Below, one piece after another: positions 8,574-19,037 of a stretch of 32,000 nt of DNA. The first letter of the stretch is position 1, and each line of letters opens with the position of its first letter. Made by a program: the position numbers and the translations under genes. The notes below the pieces were generated by a model. That model made no database searches. It saw nothing but the letters and a program-made list of their open reading frames with translations, and was not told the DNA's origin. The DNA comes from Wolbachia endosymbiont of Cimex lectularius. Lineage in GTDB: Bacteria; Pseudomonadota; Alphaproteobacteria; Rickettsiales; Anaplasmataceae. The stretch covers positions 300,001-332,000 of the forward strand of contig NZ_AP013028.1 in the NCBI RefSeq assembly GCF_000829315.1, in the 5' to 3' direction.

Positions 8574-9326
8574 ATGAAATCGTTAAAAGCTAATGAGAAT
8601 TTTTGGCTATATGGGAAGCATGCCTGCATGTCAGCACTGAAGAATAAAAATAGGCAGTGCATGGAACTGCTGACAACAGAGAACTTCTACGAAGAACATG
8701 AAAAAGAAATTAGGCAATATATAGATAGCAAGGGCGTTAAAGTCCAGTTAGTGGAAAACAAAACACTTAACAATATTTTGTCCAAAGGTGCTAACCATCA
8801 AGGAGCTGCTTTAAAAGTTGCTCCTACTTTTCACAATTTAAGTATTGAAGAAATAGCAAACTCAAGCGATAGCTCTACTATAGTAATTTTAGATCAAGTC
8901 ACTGACACACACAATATAGGATCAATTCTTAGAACATCAGCTTGTTTTAATATTGATGCAGTGGTTTTACCATACAACCATTCACCAAACGAAAACGCAT
9001 CTATTGCAAAAGCGGCAAGCGGAGCATTAGATATTGTCCCGCTAATACACGTCACAAACATAGTAAAAACTATGGAGTATTTAAAAAAGGTCGGCTACTG
9101 GTGTTACGGGTTTGATGGCGATGCTAAAGAGAATGTAGACGAAATAAAGAGCTTTGGAAAAAAAATAGCGATCATCTTTGGTTCTGAAGAGAAAGGGATG
9201 CGGCGGTTAGTTAGAGAAAATTGTGACTATCTTGTAAAAATCCCAATGTCAAACGCAATTGACAGCTTAAATGTTTCGAATGCAGCGGCAATAGGATTAT
9301 ATTCCATCTACATTAGACAAAAATAA
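8574..9326 (+). CDS. rlmB: SpoU/TrmH-family rRNA 2'-O-methyltransferase (RlmB-like)
   Basis: WLYGKHACMSALKN..., VILDQVTDTHNIGSILRTSACF, IIFGSEEKGMRRLVRENCDYLVKIPM, SLNVSNAAAIGLY motifs. Confidence 0.9.
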   Translation: MKSLKANENFWLYGKHACMSALKNKNRQCMELLTTENFYEEHEKEIRQYIDSKGVKVQLVENKTLNNILSKGANHQGAALKVAPTFHNLSIEEIANSSDSSTIVILDQVTDTHNIGSILRTSACFNIDAVVLPYNHSPNENASIAKAASGALDIVPLIHVTNIVKTMEYLKKVGYWCYGFDGDAKENVDEIKSFGKKIAIIFGSEEKGMRRLVRENCDYLVKIPMSNAIDSLNVSNAAAIGLYSIYIRQK

Positions 9327-9419
9327 CCGCGCATTAATTGCAATAAAAAGTAATTTTATGCTTGATAAAGATGTAGTTTTGTATTATAATATTATTAAGG
9401 GATAAAAGGGGTTATATTT

Positions 9420-10142
9420 ATGTCTTACATGAGAAATGAACAAGATATTCGCTTTCAGGGCGTTTATTATAGTGCTGGGCTTAGGAGTTACCTAACTAAA
9501 GTATATAATTATATGGCTTTAGCCTTGGGCGTTACCGGGCTTGTTGCGTTCCTAACGGTATTTTCTGGTCTTTTTCAGGTAATCTATTCTAATCCTGTTC
9601 TGCCGTTTATAGTAACGTTCTCTCCAATTGCATTGGTGTTCTATATGTCCTATAGACTTCAACACCTAAGTGCCCAGTCCACAGTTACTGTATTTTTCCT
9701 GTTTTCAGTTTTAATGGGACTTTCCTTATCTCATATCTTCATAATTTATACTGCGGAAAACATAGCAAGAGCATTTTTTATCACATCCATTATGTTTGGC
9801 TCTATGGCTTTATATGGTAATACCACAAAAAGAGATCTAACAAATATGGGCTCTTTCTTAATTATGGGAATTTGGGGGCTAATTATTGCATCGATAGTAA
9901 ACTTATTTCTTGGAAGTAGTCCTCTCTATTTTGCAATATCGTTTATATCAGTAATAGTATTTACCTTATTGACTGCATACGATGCTCAGAGAATCAAGGA
10001 TATTTATTATAGGTATAACGATGGTTCAGAAGTTGCAGCAAATAAGTTAGCCGTACTTGGTGCAACTAACCTTTATTTTGACTTCATTAATATATTCCTC
10101 AATCTACTTAGGTTACTTAACTTGTTTAATAGTAGGGACTAG
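9420..10142 (+). CDS. BAX inhibitor-1 / YccA family membrane protein
   Basis: Multi-pass hydrophobic protein with LRSYLTKVYNYMALALGVTGLVAF and LTAYDAQRIKDIYYRY...LGATNLYFDFINIFLNLLRL. Confidence 0.93.
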   Translation: MSYMRNEQDIRFQGVYYSAGLRSYLTKVYNYMALALGVTGLVAFLTVFSGLFQVIYSNPVLPFIVTFSPIALVFYMSYRLQHLSAQSTVTVFFLFSVLMGLSLSHIFIIYTAENIARAFFITSIMFGSMALYGNTTKRDLTNMGSFLIMGIWGLIIASIVNLFLGSSPLYFAISFISVIVFTLLTAYDAQRIKDIYYRYNDGSEVAANKLAVLGATNLYFDFINIFLNLLRLLNLFNSRD

Positions 10143-10679
10143 ATGTTCTCCTTTTTAAGGGGAAATAGTAAAAATTCTATAGTTTTCTTTTTGATATCTT
10201 TAGTGATATTGATGCTGTGTCTTGCATATGCATCGGTACCACTATATAGCATTTTCTGTAAAGCTACTGGATATGGTGGCACAACGAGAAAAGTAACCAA
10301 CACAGCGACGAATATAACTAATCAAAAAATTAGAGTCCATTTCAACGCTGATGTAATGCCGGATCTGCCTTGGGAGTTTAATTCAGAAACTAATTACATT
10401 GATACAAACATAGGAGAACAAAGTTTAGCATTTTATTACGCAAAAAATCTATCTGATCAGTCTTCGTTTGGAATGGCAGTGTATAATGTTACGCCTTTCA
10501 AAGCAGGCAAATATTTCAATAAAGTTGCATGTTTTTGCTTTGAAGAACAAATGTTACTGCCAAAACAAAAAGCAGCGATGCCCATATCCTTTTACATAGA
10601 CCCTGAGATAATGCGCGACAATAGCACGAAAGATTTAAGTGAAATAACATTATCGTATACGTTTTTTAGGCTTAAGTAG
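10143..10679 (+). CDS. ctaG: Cytochrome c oxidase assembly protein CtaG/Cox11
   Basis: VPLYSIFCKATGYGGTT, NKVACFCFEEQMLLPKQKAAMPISFYIDP; single N-terminal TM segment. Confidence 0.95.
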   Translation: MFSFLRGNSKNSIVFFLISLVILMLCLAYASVPLYSIFCKATGYGGTTRKVTNTATNITNQKIRVHFNADVMPDLPWEFNSETNYIDTNIGEQSLAFYYAKNLSDQSSFGMAVYNVTPFKAGKYFNKVACFCFEEQMLLPKQKAAMPISFYIDPEIMRDNSTKDLSEITLSYTFFRLK

Positions 10680-10680
10680 T

Positions 10681-11298
10681 GTGGGTCTTTTACTACTGGA
10701 GAAAGCCGTAAATCTCATCTTTCCAAACGTATGTGTAAGTTGTGAATGTATAATTGATAAAAATTATGATCTGTGTAGTGAGTGTAACAAAAAAATCAAT
10801 TTTCTAACCAAACATTACTGCAATGTTTGCGGCACAGTAATTTCAGATAACATTTATACGTGCGGTAAGTGCATTGCTAACCCTCCACCGTTTAAAGTGT
10901 TAAGATCAGCTTTTGCTTATGATCAACATAGTAAAAATATGATTATAAATTTTAAATTTTTTAATAATTTAAATTATGTAAAAACTTACGTGAAGTGGAT
11001 GTACCAAGCTAATTGGAATATATTCCAAGATGCAGAGATTATAATTCCTATACCGCTTCACAAAATGCGCTTGCTTAAGCGTAAATACAATCAAGCAGCA
11101 TTGCTTGCGAGGGAACTCAGCAGGTTATCCAACTTATTTTATGCACCATTTGCAATAAAGCGCCTTCGCCATACCACGCCTCAAGCTGGTCTTTCACTTA
11201 AACAGCGCGAGAAAAATTTAAAAAGGTCCTGCTCTCAAGAAATTTTAAATTCTGGTGCAAGGGAAGTGAGAGTGCTGTCACTTGCAAGAACCATATGA
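10681..11298 (+). CDS. ComF family protein lacking the PRPP-binding segment
   Basis: Zn-binding CVSC...CSEC...CNVC...CGKC N-terminus, IIPIPLHKMRLLKRKYNQAALLARELS and TPQAGLSLKQREKNLKRS, then directly CSQEILNSGAREVRVLSLARTI with no DDVxTTG-type motif. GTG start. Confidence 0.82.
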   Translation: MGLLLLEKAVNLIFPNVCVSCECIIDKNYDLCSECNKKINFLTKHYCNVCGTVISDNIYTCGKCIANPPPFKVLRSAFAYDQHSKNMIINFKFFNNLNYVKTYVKWMYQANWNIFQDAEIIIPIPLHKMRLLKRKYNQAALLARELSRLSNLFYAPFAIKRLRHTTPQAGLSLKQREKNLKRSCSQEILNSGAREVRVLSLARTI

Positions 11299-11301
11299 AA
11301 A

Positions 11302-12696
11302 TCAGTATGTTAAGGCATGATTTTTAGTAACCTCAACATCACTGAATGCAAAAGTTTGGCTGCTCACGATTTGGGATTTTTCATGTCCTTTTCCTGCAAC
11401 CAGCAGAATCATACCTTCGTTGTAGGCAATATCTATACCTTTCTCTATAGCTTCTTTTCTATCCCCTATCTCTAGTGAATTAGGGCAATGTAGTAAAATA
11501 TCATGACGAATTTTTGCTGGATCTTCATCACGCGGATTATCATCTGTAACTATCACTCTGTCTGCATACATTTGTGCTATTTTACCCATTTCTGCACGTT
11601 TTGTTTGATCACGATTTCCACCACAACCAAAAACTAAAATTATTTTTTTGTTAAAGTGCCATTTTAAAGACAAAAGAGCTTGCTTAAGTGCACTTGGAGT
11701 GTGCGCGTAATCTACAAATGCAAAAGGTTTCACTTTTTCCATTCTCCCTGGTGGAGAAATGAGTTTGTCTATACATATCCTTTGATATTCCACCCCAGAT
11801 GAGATGACTATACCGATCGCACATAGTAAATTATACGCCTGAAATTGCCCTAGAACTGGAAAAAACGTGTCATAAATTTCACCACCGATTTTAATTGTAA
11901 GATTTTGACCACTTTGAGTTGGTATTTGCTTTATTAAAGCAATATCAAAAGCTATTTTTCCATAAGTTATAACTTTGTTGCCACGTTCTTTAGCTATCTT
12001 GAGCAATGTGTAGTATTCATCTATATCCGCATTTAAAATTGCTGTTTTTTCTTTTGGCAGTACCTCATAAAACAACCTTTTCTTAGCCTCAAAATACTCG
12101 CTGATATCCTGATGATAATCTAAATGATCTTGCGAGAAATTTGTAAAAGCCGCAGCAGTTAGGCTAAGTCCATGAATTCTGCATTGGTCAATCCCATGGC
12201 TTGAAGCCTCTAACGCTAAGTGCTCTATGCCTTTATTGTTTATATCACGTAATGTTGCATAAAGGTCATCTGCATCTGGAGTGGTAAGGCTATTATCTTT
12301 TCTATCATTATTGATACATGTTCCGAGCGTTCCGATAGATGCAGCATTATAACCTGCATTTTGCCAGATCTGGCGGCAAAACTCCACCACTGAAGTCTTA
12401 CCATTTGTACCTGTCACAGCAGCAACATATTTTAGCTGTTTGAATTGATAAAACCTGCTAACTATTTTGCTATATATTTCTTGAGGGCCTGGATGGAAGA
12501 TGCAAGCATCATGCGCTGCAAAGTTTGCTATTATTGCTGAAGCTCCTATTATGCCGTTCACGCATTTCTCACGTTCCTCTGACACACAAACAAAAAGATA
12601 ACCTTCTTTGATTCTTTTGGGATTACACGTGACGCCTTTGATTTCAACATCAAAGTTGACGTCAATAATGTTATGCAGTAACTCTTTTAGTCTCAC
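11302..12696 (-). CDS. murE: UDP-N-acetylmuramyl-tripeptide synthetase (Mur ligase E)
   Basis: VTGTNGKTSVVEFCRQIW, TTPDADDLYATL, LEASSHGIDQCR, FVDYAHTPSALKQAL, DNPRDEDPAKIRHDI, GKGHE motifs. Confidence 0.96.
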   Translation of the reverse strand: MRLKELLHNIIDVNFDVEIKGVTCNPKRIKEGYLFVCVSEEREKCVNGIIGASAIIANFAAHDACIFHPGPQEIYSKIVSRFYQFKQLKYVAAVTGTNGKTSVVEFCRQIWQNAGYNAASIGTLGTCINNDRKDNSLTTPDADDLYATLRDINNKGIEHLALEASSHGIDQCRIHGLSLTAAAFTNFSQDHLDYHQDISEYFEAKKRLFYEVLPKEKTAILNADIDEYYTLLKIAKERGNKVITYGKIAFDIALIKQIPTQSGQNLTIKIGGEIYDTFFPVLGQFQAYNLLCAIGIVISSGVEYQRICIDKLISPPGRMEKVKPFAFVDYAHTPSALKQALLSLKWHFNKKIILVFGCGGNRDQTKRAEMGKIAQMYADRVIVTDDNPRDEDPAKIRHDILLHCPNSLEIGDRKEAIEKGIDIAYNEGMILLVAGKGHEKSQIVSSQTFAFSDVEVTKNHALTY

Positions 12697-13912
12697 ATTC
12701 TACTTCATCATTTTTGGTATTTAAACATGGCAATCTTGCTAATGCAACATTTAAATCAGAGATTAAATCTTCAGGATCCTCTAGTCCACAAAATATTCGC
12801 ACGAAACTTCCACCATAATCTGAATTCATTACAGATCTTGACATAGATTTACGATCTATTGGTAATATTAAACTATCGCACCCTCCCCAAGAAGCACCGA
12901 TGCTAAAAATTTCCATGTGATCAACCGTGCAGCTTAGTTCCTCACATGAATATTCTTTATCTAATATTACACTGAACACACCACTTGCACCTTTGAAGTA
13001 GCTTTTCCACAATTCGTGCTGAGGATGAGAAGGAAGCGCTGGATATAAGACTTTTCTGATTTTTGGATGTTTCTCCAGCCATTTTGCCACTGCCATTGCT
13101 GTGCTTTGATGCCTCTTCATGCGTGTATGCAATGTCCTAAGTCCCCTGTGTGCAAGATAACAATCGTGTGATTGAACAGTAATGCCATAATTTTTGTAGC
13201 TCTCATAAAGCAATTTAAAAACCTCGCCTTCAGCAACAATAGCCCCCATCAATAAATCCGAGTGACCGGCTAGATACTTTGTAACTGCATACAGTGCAAC
13301 ATCAATCCCAGAGTCGAGCGGCTTAAATAATAAAGGAGTGGCCCACGAATTGTCGCAAACGGTTACGATCCTGTGTTTCTTAGCAACTTTTACTATGTGT
13401 TCTATATTCGAAATTTCAAATGTTACAGAACCAGGAGTTTCGATCATGATGAGTAAAGTATTACTTTGAATCAAATCAGCTATGTCCTGTGTTGGATCAT
13501 AAAAAGTTACTTCTATTCCCCTTCTCGGCAGCTCATTTTCGGCAAATCTCCTAAGTCGGTAATAACTATTATCTTGAATCAGAACATGCGAACCTGCTTT
13601 AGTAAAAGTCAAAATAGCGAAAGTAAGTGCAAATAGTCCAGAGGGATAGGTCAATGCCTGCCCCCTACCCTCAATTTCAGCGAGCGCGTTTGAAAGGTAG
13701 TGAACAGTGGGTGTACCAACACTGCCGTAACTATAATCCCTTGCAACGCCATCGTTGATCACATCGTATATACTTTCCCCATTCGCTGCATTTAAGTAGT
13801 CCTTGTAAATAGGAAATAGTATAGTAGAAGAATGATAAATTGGCGGGTTCATAGAACCTTTGTAGTCATTGAATTTTCTTCCTGCTTTAACCAACAAAGA
13901 TTCTTCTTTCAC
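12671..13912 (-). CDS. metC: Cystathionine beta-lyase (Cys/Met metabolism PLP-dependent enzyme)
   Basis: YSYGSVGTPTVHYLSNALAEIEG, TVCDNSWATPLLFKPLDSGIDVALYAVTKYLAGHSDLLMG (PLP lysine), IGASWGGCDSLILP. Confidence 0.93.
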   Translation of the reverse strand: MKEESLLVKAGRKFNDYKGSMNPPIYHSSTILFPIYKDYLNAANGESIYDVINDGVARDYSYGSVGTPTVHYLSNALAEIEGRGQALTYPSGLFALTFAILTFTKAGSHVLIQDNSYYRLRRFAENELPRRGIEVTFYDPTQDIADLIQSNTLLIMIETPGSVTFEISNIEHIVKVAKKHRIVTVCDNSWATPLLFKPLDSGIDVALYAVTKYLAGHSDLLMGAIVAEGEVFKLLYESYKNYGITVQSHDCYLAHRGLRTLHTRMKRHQSTAMAVAKWLEKHPKIRKVLYPALPSHPQHELWKSYFKGASGVFSVILDKEYSCEELSCTVDHMEIFSIGASWGGCDSLILPIDRKSMSRSVMNSDYGGSFVRIFCGLEDPEDLISDLNVALARLPCLNTKNDEVECETKRVTA

Positions 13913-14205
13913 GCTTTTATTATTTTATTTTTCAAATCATATTCACTTTGCGTATACAATTGAAGAGAAATTGCGTGTACTCGCTCTATCTCACTCTTCA
14001 ACAATTCATAAATCAACTTGTGCCTCTTTAGAACACTCATTCCAACAAAGTCGTCAGATATTAATATTAATTCAACGTGTGAAGGTAATGTTGAAGGCGA
14101 AGAAAAATAGTGGTCCGCATGTTTAACAGACTCGTCAACAATGTTAACATCAACTACATTTATTGCATTGCGTATTTTTTCTTCTATTGCCTTAATGATA
14201 TCCAT
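13909..14205 (-). CDS. BolA family protein
   Basis: 98 aa; HADHYFSS...SHVELILISDDFVGMSVLKRHKLIYELLKSEI..RVHAISLQLYTQSEY matches the BolA fold consensus. Confidence 0.88.
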   Translation of the reverse strand: MDIIKAIEEKIRNAINVVDVNIVDESVKHADHYFSSPSTLPSHVELILISDDFVGMSVLKRHKLIYELLKSEIERVHAISLQLYTQSEYDLKNKIIKA

Positions 14206-14307
14206 ACATAGCTCCTGTCATCCAAGCAGCGTGACTACTTGGGTCCATATTCTTTTTTTCTGGATTTCAGCGTCACGCAACGGAATGATAAGAAAGGAGT
14301 ACGCCAA

Positions 14308-16233
14308 CTACTTATTCTCTTCTTTATTATCTACGCCCTGGTAATTAGAATCTACTACTTTTTCTTCTTTGTCATGTGGATTTCCTTCTGACGAGAAGTC
14401 ACTTTCAGCACTGTTTTGTTGAGATTCTTTATACATAGCTTCTCCAAGTTTCATAGATAATTGAGAAAGATTAGTAATTTTCTGCTGTATTGAATCAGTA
14501 TCATCAATGTTATCAGATTTGCTAGCTTCTTTTAAATCATTCACTGCATTTTCAATGGCAGACTTATCTTCTGATGAAACTTTATCGCCATATTCCCTTA
14601 AAGACTTCTCTGTAGAATGAACTAAACTATCTACCTGGTTCTTCACTTCAATGAATTTCTTACGTTTCTCATCTTCTTGTGCCTTTTCTTCAGCTTCTTT
14701 CACCATGCGATTTACTTCATCATCAGACAAACCACCTGAAGACTGAATACGTATTTTCTGTTCTTTTCCAGTAGCTTTATCTCTCGCAGAAACATGCACT
14801 ATTCCATTTGCATCTATATCAAACGTCACTTCGATCTGAGGAACTCCACGAGGAGCAGGTGGTATTCCTTCCAAACTAAATTGGCCAAGCAGTTTATTAT
14901 CAACTGCCAATTTTCTTTCACCTTGATGCACCTTAATGGTAACAGCTGTTTGGTTGTCTTCTGCAGTTGAAAATACCTGAGATTTTTTAGTAGGAATCGT
15001 AGTATTGCGCTCAATAAGTGGAGTGAACACTCCCCCTAGTGTTTCAATACCAAGAGAAAGTGGAGTCACGTCAAGCAATAACACGTCTCTCACATCACCT
15101 TGAATGATTCCTGCCTGTATTGCAGCTCCAATTGCCACAACTTCATCTGGGTTCACCCCTCTATGTAGATCTTTGCCAAAGAATTCTTTAACTTTCTCTA
15201 TTACTTTCGGCATACGAGTCATGCCACCAACAAGAACCACTTCACCAATTTGACTAGCAGACAAACCAGCATCCTCAAGAGCTTTTTTGCAAGGAGCCAT
15301 AGTTCTTTCGATTAAATCGTTTACTAAGCTTTCAAGTTTTGCCCTTGTTAATTTCATATTTAAGTGTTTTGGACCACTTGCATCAGCTGTAATGAACGGT
15401 AAATTTATTTCCGTTTCCATTGCACTTGATAATTCAATCTTCGCTTTTTCCGCAGCTTCTTTGATCCTCTGCATAGCCATTGGATCATTTTTCAAATCAA
15501 TACCGTTACTTTTCTTGAATTCATCTAGTAAATAACTCACCACTGCATTGTCGAAGTCTTCACCTCCAAGATGAGTGTCACCATTTGTAGCCTTTACCTC
15601 AAAAACTCCGTCACCTATTTCAAGTATTGAAACATCAAACGTACCACCACCAAGGTCATACACCACTATTGTGTGTCCATGTTTCTTATCAAGACCATAA
15701 GCAAGAGCTGCAGCAGTCGGTTCGTTAATTATTCTGAGTACATTTAATCCAGCAATTTTTCCTGCATCTTTTGTTGCTTGACGCTGAGAATCATTGAAGT
15801 ACGCTGGCACTGTTATTACAGCATCCTTCACTTCCTCTCCAAAATAAGCTTCTGCTGCTTCTTTCATATTTTGTAGTATAAACGCACCAATTTGACTAGG
15901 GGAGTATTCTTTACCATCTGTTGTTTTAATCCAAGCATCGCCATTTTTTGCCGCGAACACTTTATATGGCACATTTAGATTTTTCATTTCAGGGTCACCA
16001 TACTGACGGCCTATTAATCTCTTAGTAGCAAAGAAAGTATTACTTGCATTGGTGGTTGCTTGTCTTTTTGCAGGAGCGCCAATCAACTTTTCTCCTGATG
16101 AAGTGAACGCAACTACAGACGGAGTGGTTCTTTCTCCTTGGGTATTTTCTATTATCTTTCCTCCTCTTGTCTTTTCCACTTTTGCAACACAAGAATTTGT
16201 TGTTCCAAGATCTATACCTACTGCTATTCCCAT
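14308..16233 (-). CDS. dnaK: Molecular chaperone DnaK (Hsp70)
   Basis: [57 protein letters not shown]; 641 aa. Confidence 0.99.
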   Translation of the reverse strand: MGIAVGIDLGTTNSCVAKVEKTRGGKIIENTQGERTTPSVVAFTSSGEKLIGAPAKRQATTNASNTFFATKRLIGRQYGDPEMKNLNVPYKVFAAKNGDAWIKTTDGKEYSPSQIGAFILQNMKEAAEAYFGEEVKDAVITVPAYFNDSQRQATKDAGKIAGLNVLRIINEPTAAALAYGLDKKHGHTIVVYDLGGGTFDVSILEIGDGVFEVKATNGDTHLGGEDFDNAVVSYLLDEFKKSNGIDLKNDPMAMQRIKEAAEKAKIELSSAMETEINLPFITADASGPKHLNMKLTRAKLESLVNDLIERTMAPCKKALEDAGLSASQIGEVVLVGGMTRMPKVIEKVKEFFGKDLHRGVNPDEVVAIGAAIQAGIIQGDVRDVLLLDVTPLSLGIETLGGVFTPLIERNTTIPTKKSQVFSTAEDNQTAVTIKVHQGERKLAVDNKLLGQFSLEGIPPAPRGVPQIEVTFDIDANGIVHVSARDKATGKEQKIRIQSSGGLSDDEVNRMVKEAEEKAQEDEKRKKFIEVKNQVDSLVHSTEKSLREYGDKVSSEDKSAIENAVNDLKEASKSDNIDDTDSIQQKITNLSQLSMKLGEAMYKESQQNSAESDFSSEGNPHDKEEKVVDSNYQGVDNKEENK

Positions 16234-16320
16234 AATGAATACTCCCTTATAAATATTATCTGATATGAGAATATATAAGTATAGAACTCGTCAATTACAA
16301 GTCCCATTTAGGATTTCTAG

Positions 16321-18093
16321 TTAGCTATTAGAGCTCAAAAGACGTGAAAGCCACTTAGTTAACCAAAAATTGCTTTGCAATCCACCTGAATTATCAGCTC
16401 TTTCATTGTTACTAGTCTCAATTTTGTAACCAGAGTTTTGCAATGGCTTACAATCATTTAAATTAACGTCATCACCTCGTTTTAAAATGAATGCATCTAT
16501 ACTCAAATTGCTATCAGCGCTAACGTTTAATTTAATATTAAACTCTCTTTCAATTGTAGAAACTGTATCACGCTTATTATTAAAAATATGTGCTATAATT
16601 GAACCATGTGCTACTAAATCAAACGACCTATTCCGATTCCTAATAGCAACGTATTGCAAGTCTCTCAGTATTGATGCAACAATTACTTCGTTTGATTTTA
16701 CTTTTCCAATTCCTTTACAATGCAGGCACTCTGTAGTGTTAATCTCCTGTATGTTTGGTTTAATTCTCTGCCTTGAAAACACCATTAAACCAAAATCATT
16801 TATGTAGCTGAACTGAACTCTAGCTTTATCATCCTTGAACGCTTGCCTAATAGCAGATTCAACAGCTCTACAATACTGATACTTCAACATATCAATAAAA
16901 TCGACCACTATTAACCCTGATAAGCCTCTTAAATTTACCTGTCTTGATATTTCAGGCGCTGCTTCCATATTGGTTCTGTAAGCTGTTTCTTCTATACTAT
17001 CTTCCCCCGTCATTTTCCCTGAATTTACATCTATTGAAACAAATGCCTCAGTTAAAGTTATTATCAAAGACCCACCGGATGGCAATTTCACTCTATTGCT
17101 ATATAACTCAGAAATTTGATCTTCGATTCCGTAGTAAGTAAATATCGGAACAAAACCTCTATACAACCTATACCGCAACTTACTACCTTTTAATACGTTT
17201 CTAGCGTATTGCCTTACTGTTTCAAAAGCTTCTTTTCCAGATATTACAACTTCCACATCATTGCTACAGAAATCACGGATAGATTTCATAATCAGATCTG
17301 CTTCGTTATAAATCAATGATGGAACATTTACAGAGGAGACATTTTCTTGAATATTTTGCCATAACGAAGATAAATAATTGTAATCCTGCTCAATTTCTTT
17401 TTTACTTTTTCCCGAACCAACGGTCCTTACTATTAAACCTGACCTCTTCGGTAACTCTATTGAATTCAATATATCCTTTAACTGTTTTCTAACGTTAATA
17501 TCTTCGATTCTGCGGGACACACCACCCCTGCTCATGGAATTTGGCATGAAAACACAATACCTGCCCACTAAAGTTATGTACGTTGTAAATGAAGCCCCTT
17601 TATTACCTCGTTCCTCTTTAGTGAGTTGAACCAATATTTTTTGATTGACCGAAATAACATCTTGTAATTTATATCTCCTATATAAAGATACCTCCCTTAC
17701 AAAACCATTACCGGACTCATTAACACTCCTACTAGTTGTAGAATCTGAAGAAGTATTTGCCGATGCACCGTTACCTTCCTCCGTACAATCACCACTTGAA
17801 TAGCTTTCAAAGAAAGCTTCTTTCTCCTTTTCTGAAATATTAAAGTAATCTGGAGATATTTCAGAAAAAGATAAAAAACCTTGCTTATTCTTCCCATATT
17901 CAATAAATACAGCTTGCAAAGAAGGCTCTACACGCTTTACATGAGCAATATATATGTTGCCTCTTAACTGCCTTTTTTCCTTGAATTCCTGTTCAAACTC
18001 TACAACCCTGTTATTTACTGACAAAGCAACTCTCACCTCATCAGAGCAGATAGAATTTTCTATTAATAGTAACCTTTTACCACTATTTGCCAC
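16321..18093 (-). CDS. rne: Ribonuclease E/G family protein
   Basis: GNIYIAHVKRVEPSLQAVFIEYGKNKQGFLSFSEI (S1), GLIVVDFIDM, SLTEAFVSIDVNSGK, CLHCKGIGKVKS (Zn-link) motifs. Confidence 0.93.
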   Translation of the reverse strand: MANSGKRLLLIENSICSDEVRVALSVNNRVVEFEQEFKEKRQLRGNIYIAHVKRVEPSLQAVFIEYGKNKQGFLSFSEISPDYFNISEKEKEAFFESYSSGDCTEEGNGASANTSSDSTTSRSVNESGNGFVREVSLYRRYKLQDVISVNQKILVQLTKEERGNKGASFTTYITLVGRYCVFMPNSMSRGGVSRRIEDINVRKQLKDILNSIELPKRSGLIVRTVGSGKSKKEIEQDYNYLSSLWQNIQENVSSVNVPSLIYNEADLIMKSIRDFCSNDVEVVISGKEAFETVRQYARNVLKGSKLRYRLYRGFVPIFTYYGIEDQISELYSNRVKLPSGGSLIITLTEAFVSIDVNSGKMTGEDSIEETAYRTNMEAAPEISRQVNLRGLSGLIVVDFIDMLKYQYCRAVESAIRQAFKDDKARVQFSYINDFGLMVFSRQRIKPNIQEINTTECLHCKGIGKVKSNEVIVASILRDLQYVAIRNRNRSFDLVAHGSIIAHIFNNKRDTVSTIEREFNIKLNVSADSNLSIDAFILKRGDDVNLNDCKPLQNSGYKIETSNNERADNSGGLQSNFWLTKWLSRLLSSNS

Positions 18094-18265
18094 TTATTTA
18101 CCGTTTGCTTTTCATTCTGAAATTAACCTTATGCTACTCAGCACACTGCTTATTGTCAAGAATTTTGCAATATATTTGCAATCTATATCGCTTAAAGATA
18201 CAAAATAGTTGACTTTAAGTGTTTCATATAATACACTCACACAGAATTTATATTATTGTATAAGT

Positions 18266-18466
18266 ATGGCAAAAAAAAATGCTTCTTTGCTTGTTAAGCT
18301 AGTTAGTAGCGCAACTAAGACAACAAGCACTGGTGAAGAAAAATCAACAGGTTACTTTTATGTAAAAAAGCGTAATCCCAAAAAGCTTACTAAAAAATTG
18401 GAGTTCAGAAAGTATGATCCAGTAGTCAGAAAGCACGTATTATTTAAAGAAGAAAAACTAAAGTAA
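18266..18466 (+). CDS. rpmG: 50S ribosomal protein L33
   Basis: [66 protein letters not shown]; internal ATG at 18266 gives the canonical length. Confidence 0.96.
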   Translation: MAKKNASLLVKLVSSATKTTSTGEEKSTGYFYVKKRNPKKLTKKLEFRKYDPVVRKHVLFKEEKLK

Positions 18467-18488
18467 TTTTATAAGGAAGTTTGTTATT

Positions 18489-18767
18489 ATGCAAGATTTA
18501 CAGCTACATTATCCCATAGTGATAGAATTGGACGATATAAAAGGTACAAAACTGAAGTTAATAAAGATTGTTGCATGGCTAATAAATAAGAGATTCAGAA
18601 CACAAAAAAAAGCAGCAGCCTTTCTAAAGATTGATCAACCTAAAGTATCTCAAATTAATAAGTTAAAAATTGAAGGGTTCTCTTTAGAATACTTGCTTAA
18701 CTTATTAGTTGCATTGGATCAAAACATACGCGTGAAAATAAAGTACAGTATCCATTCAGGGGCGTAG
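18489..18767 (+). CDS. XRE/HigA-like helix-turn-helix protein
   Basis: TQKKAAAFLKIDQPKVSQINKLKIEGFSLEYLLNLLVALDQNIRVKIK resembles HTH antitoxins of the HigA2 type. Confidence 0.8.
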   Translation: MQDLQLHYPIVIELDDIKGTKLKLIKIVAWLINKRFRTQKKAAAFLKIDQPKVSQINKLKIEGFSLEYLLNLLVALDQNIRVKIKYSIHSGA

Positions 18768-19009
18768 TGAATATTGAAGCAAAAGTGGTGTCAGCTACTT
18801 GCATGACACCGTCTGCTACACAAATAAATCGCAATATTCGTACAGCTATGCGTTAATGGTAGAAATTTTAGAGAGAAGTTCTATACACAATCACTGACAT
18901 TTTTCCCTAGGTTGACGCCATTGTCTGTTCAGCGGAATGGTAAAATGAGATAGACAAGATGCTCTAAAAAAGTAATCATATAGTAAAAGTGAGTTTACAA
19001 CAAAGGGTG

Positions 19010-19037
19010 TTATCCCAGTGTCGGAGCACTGGGATAA
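19010..19037. repeat. Hairpin of dispersed intergenic repeat (copy 2, loop inverted)
   Basis: ttatcccagtg-tcggag-cactgggataa, 11-bp perfect stem. Loop is the reverse complement of the loop in copy 1 (896..919) while the right flank is in the same orientation. Confidence 0.85.

Noticed and set aside
13869-14344. Plus-strand ORFs 13869..14126 and 14141..14344
   Set aside because: Antisense to metC/bolA and the dnaK 3' region, low-complexity translations; the opposite strand carries clear BolA and DnaK sequences.
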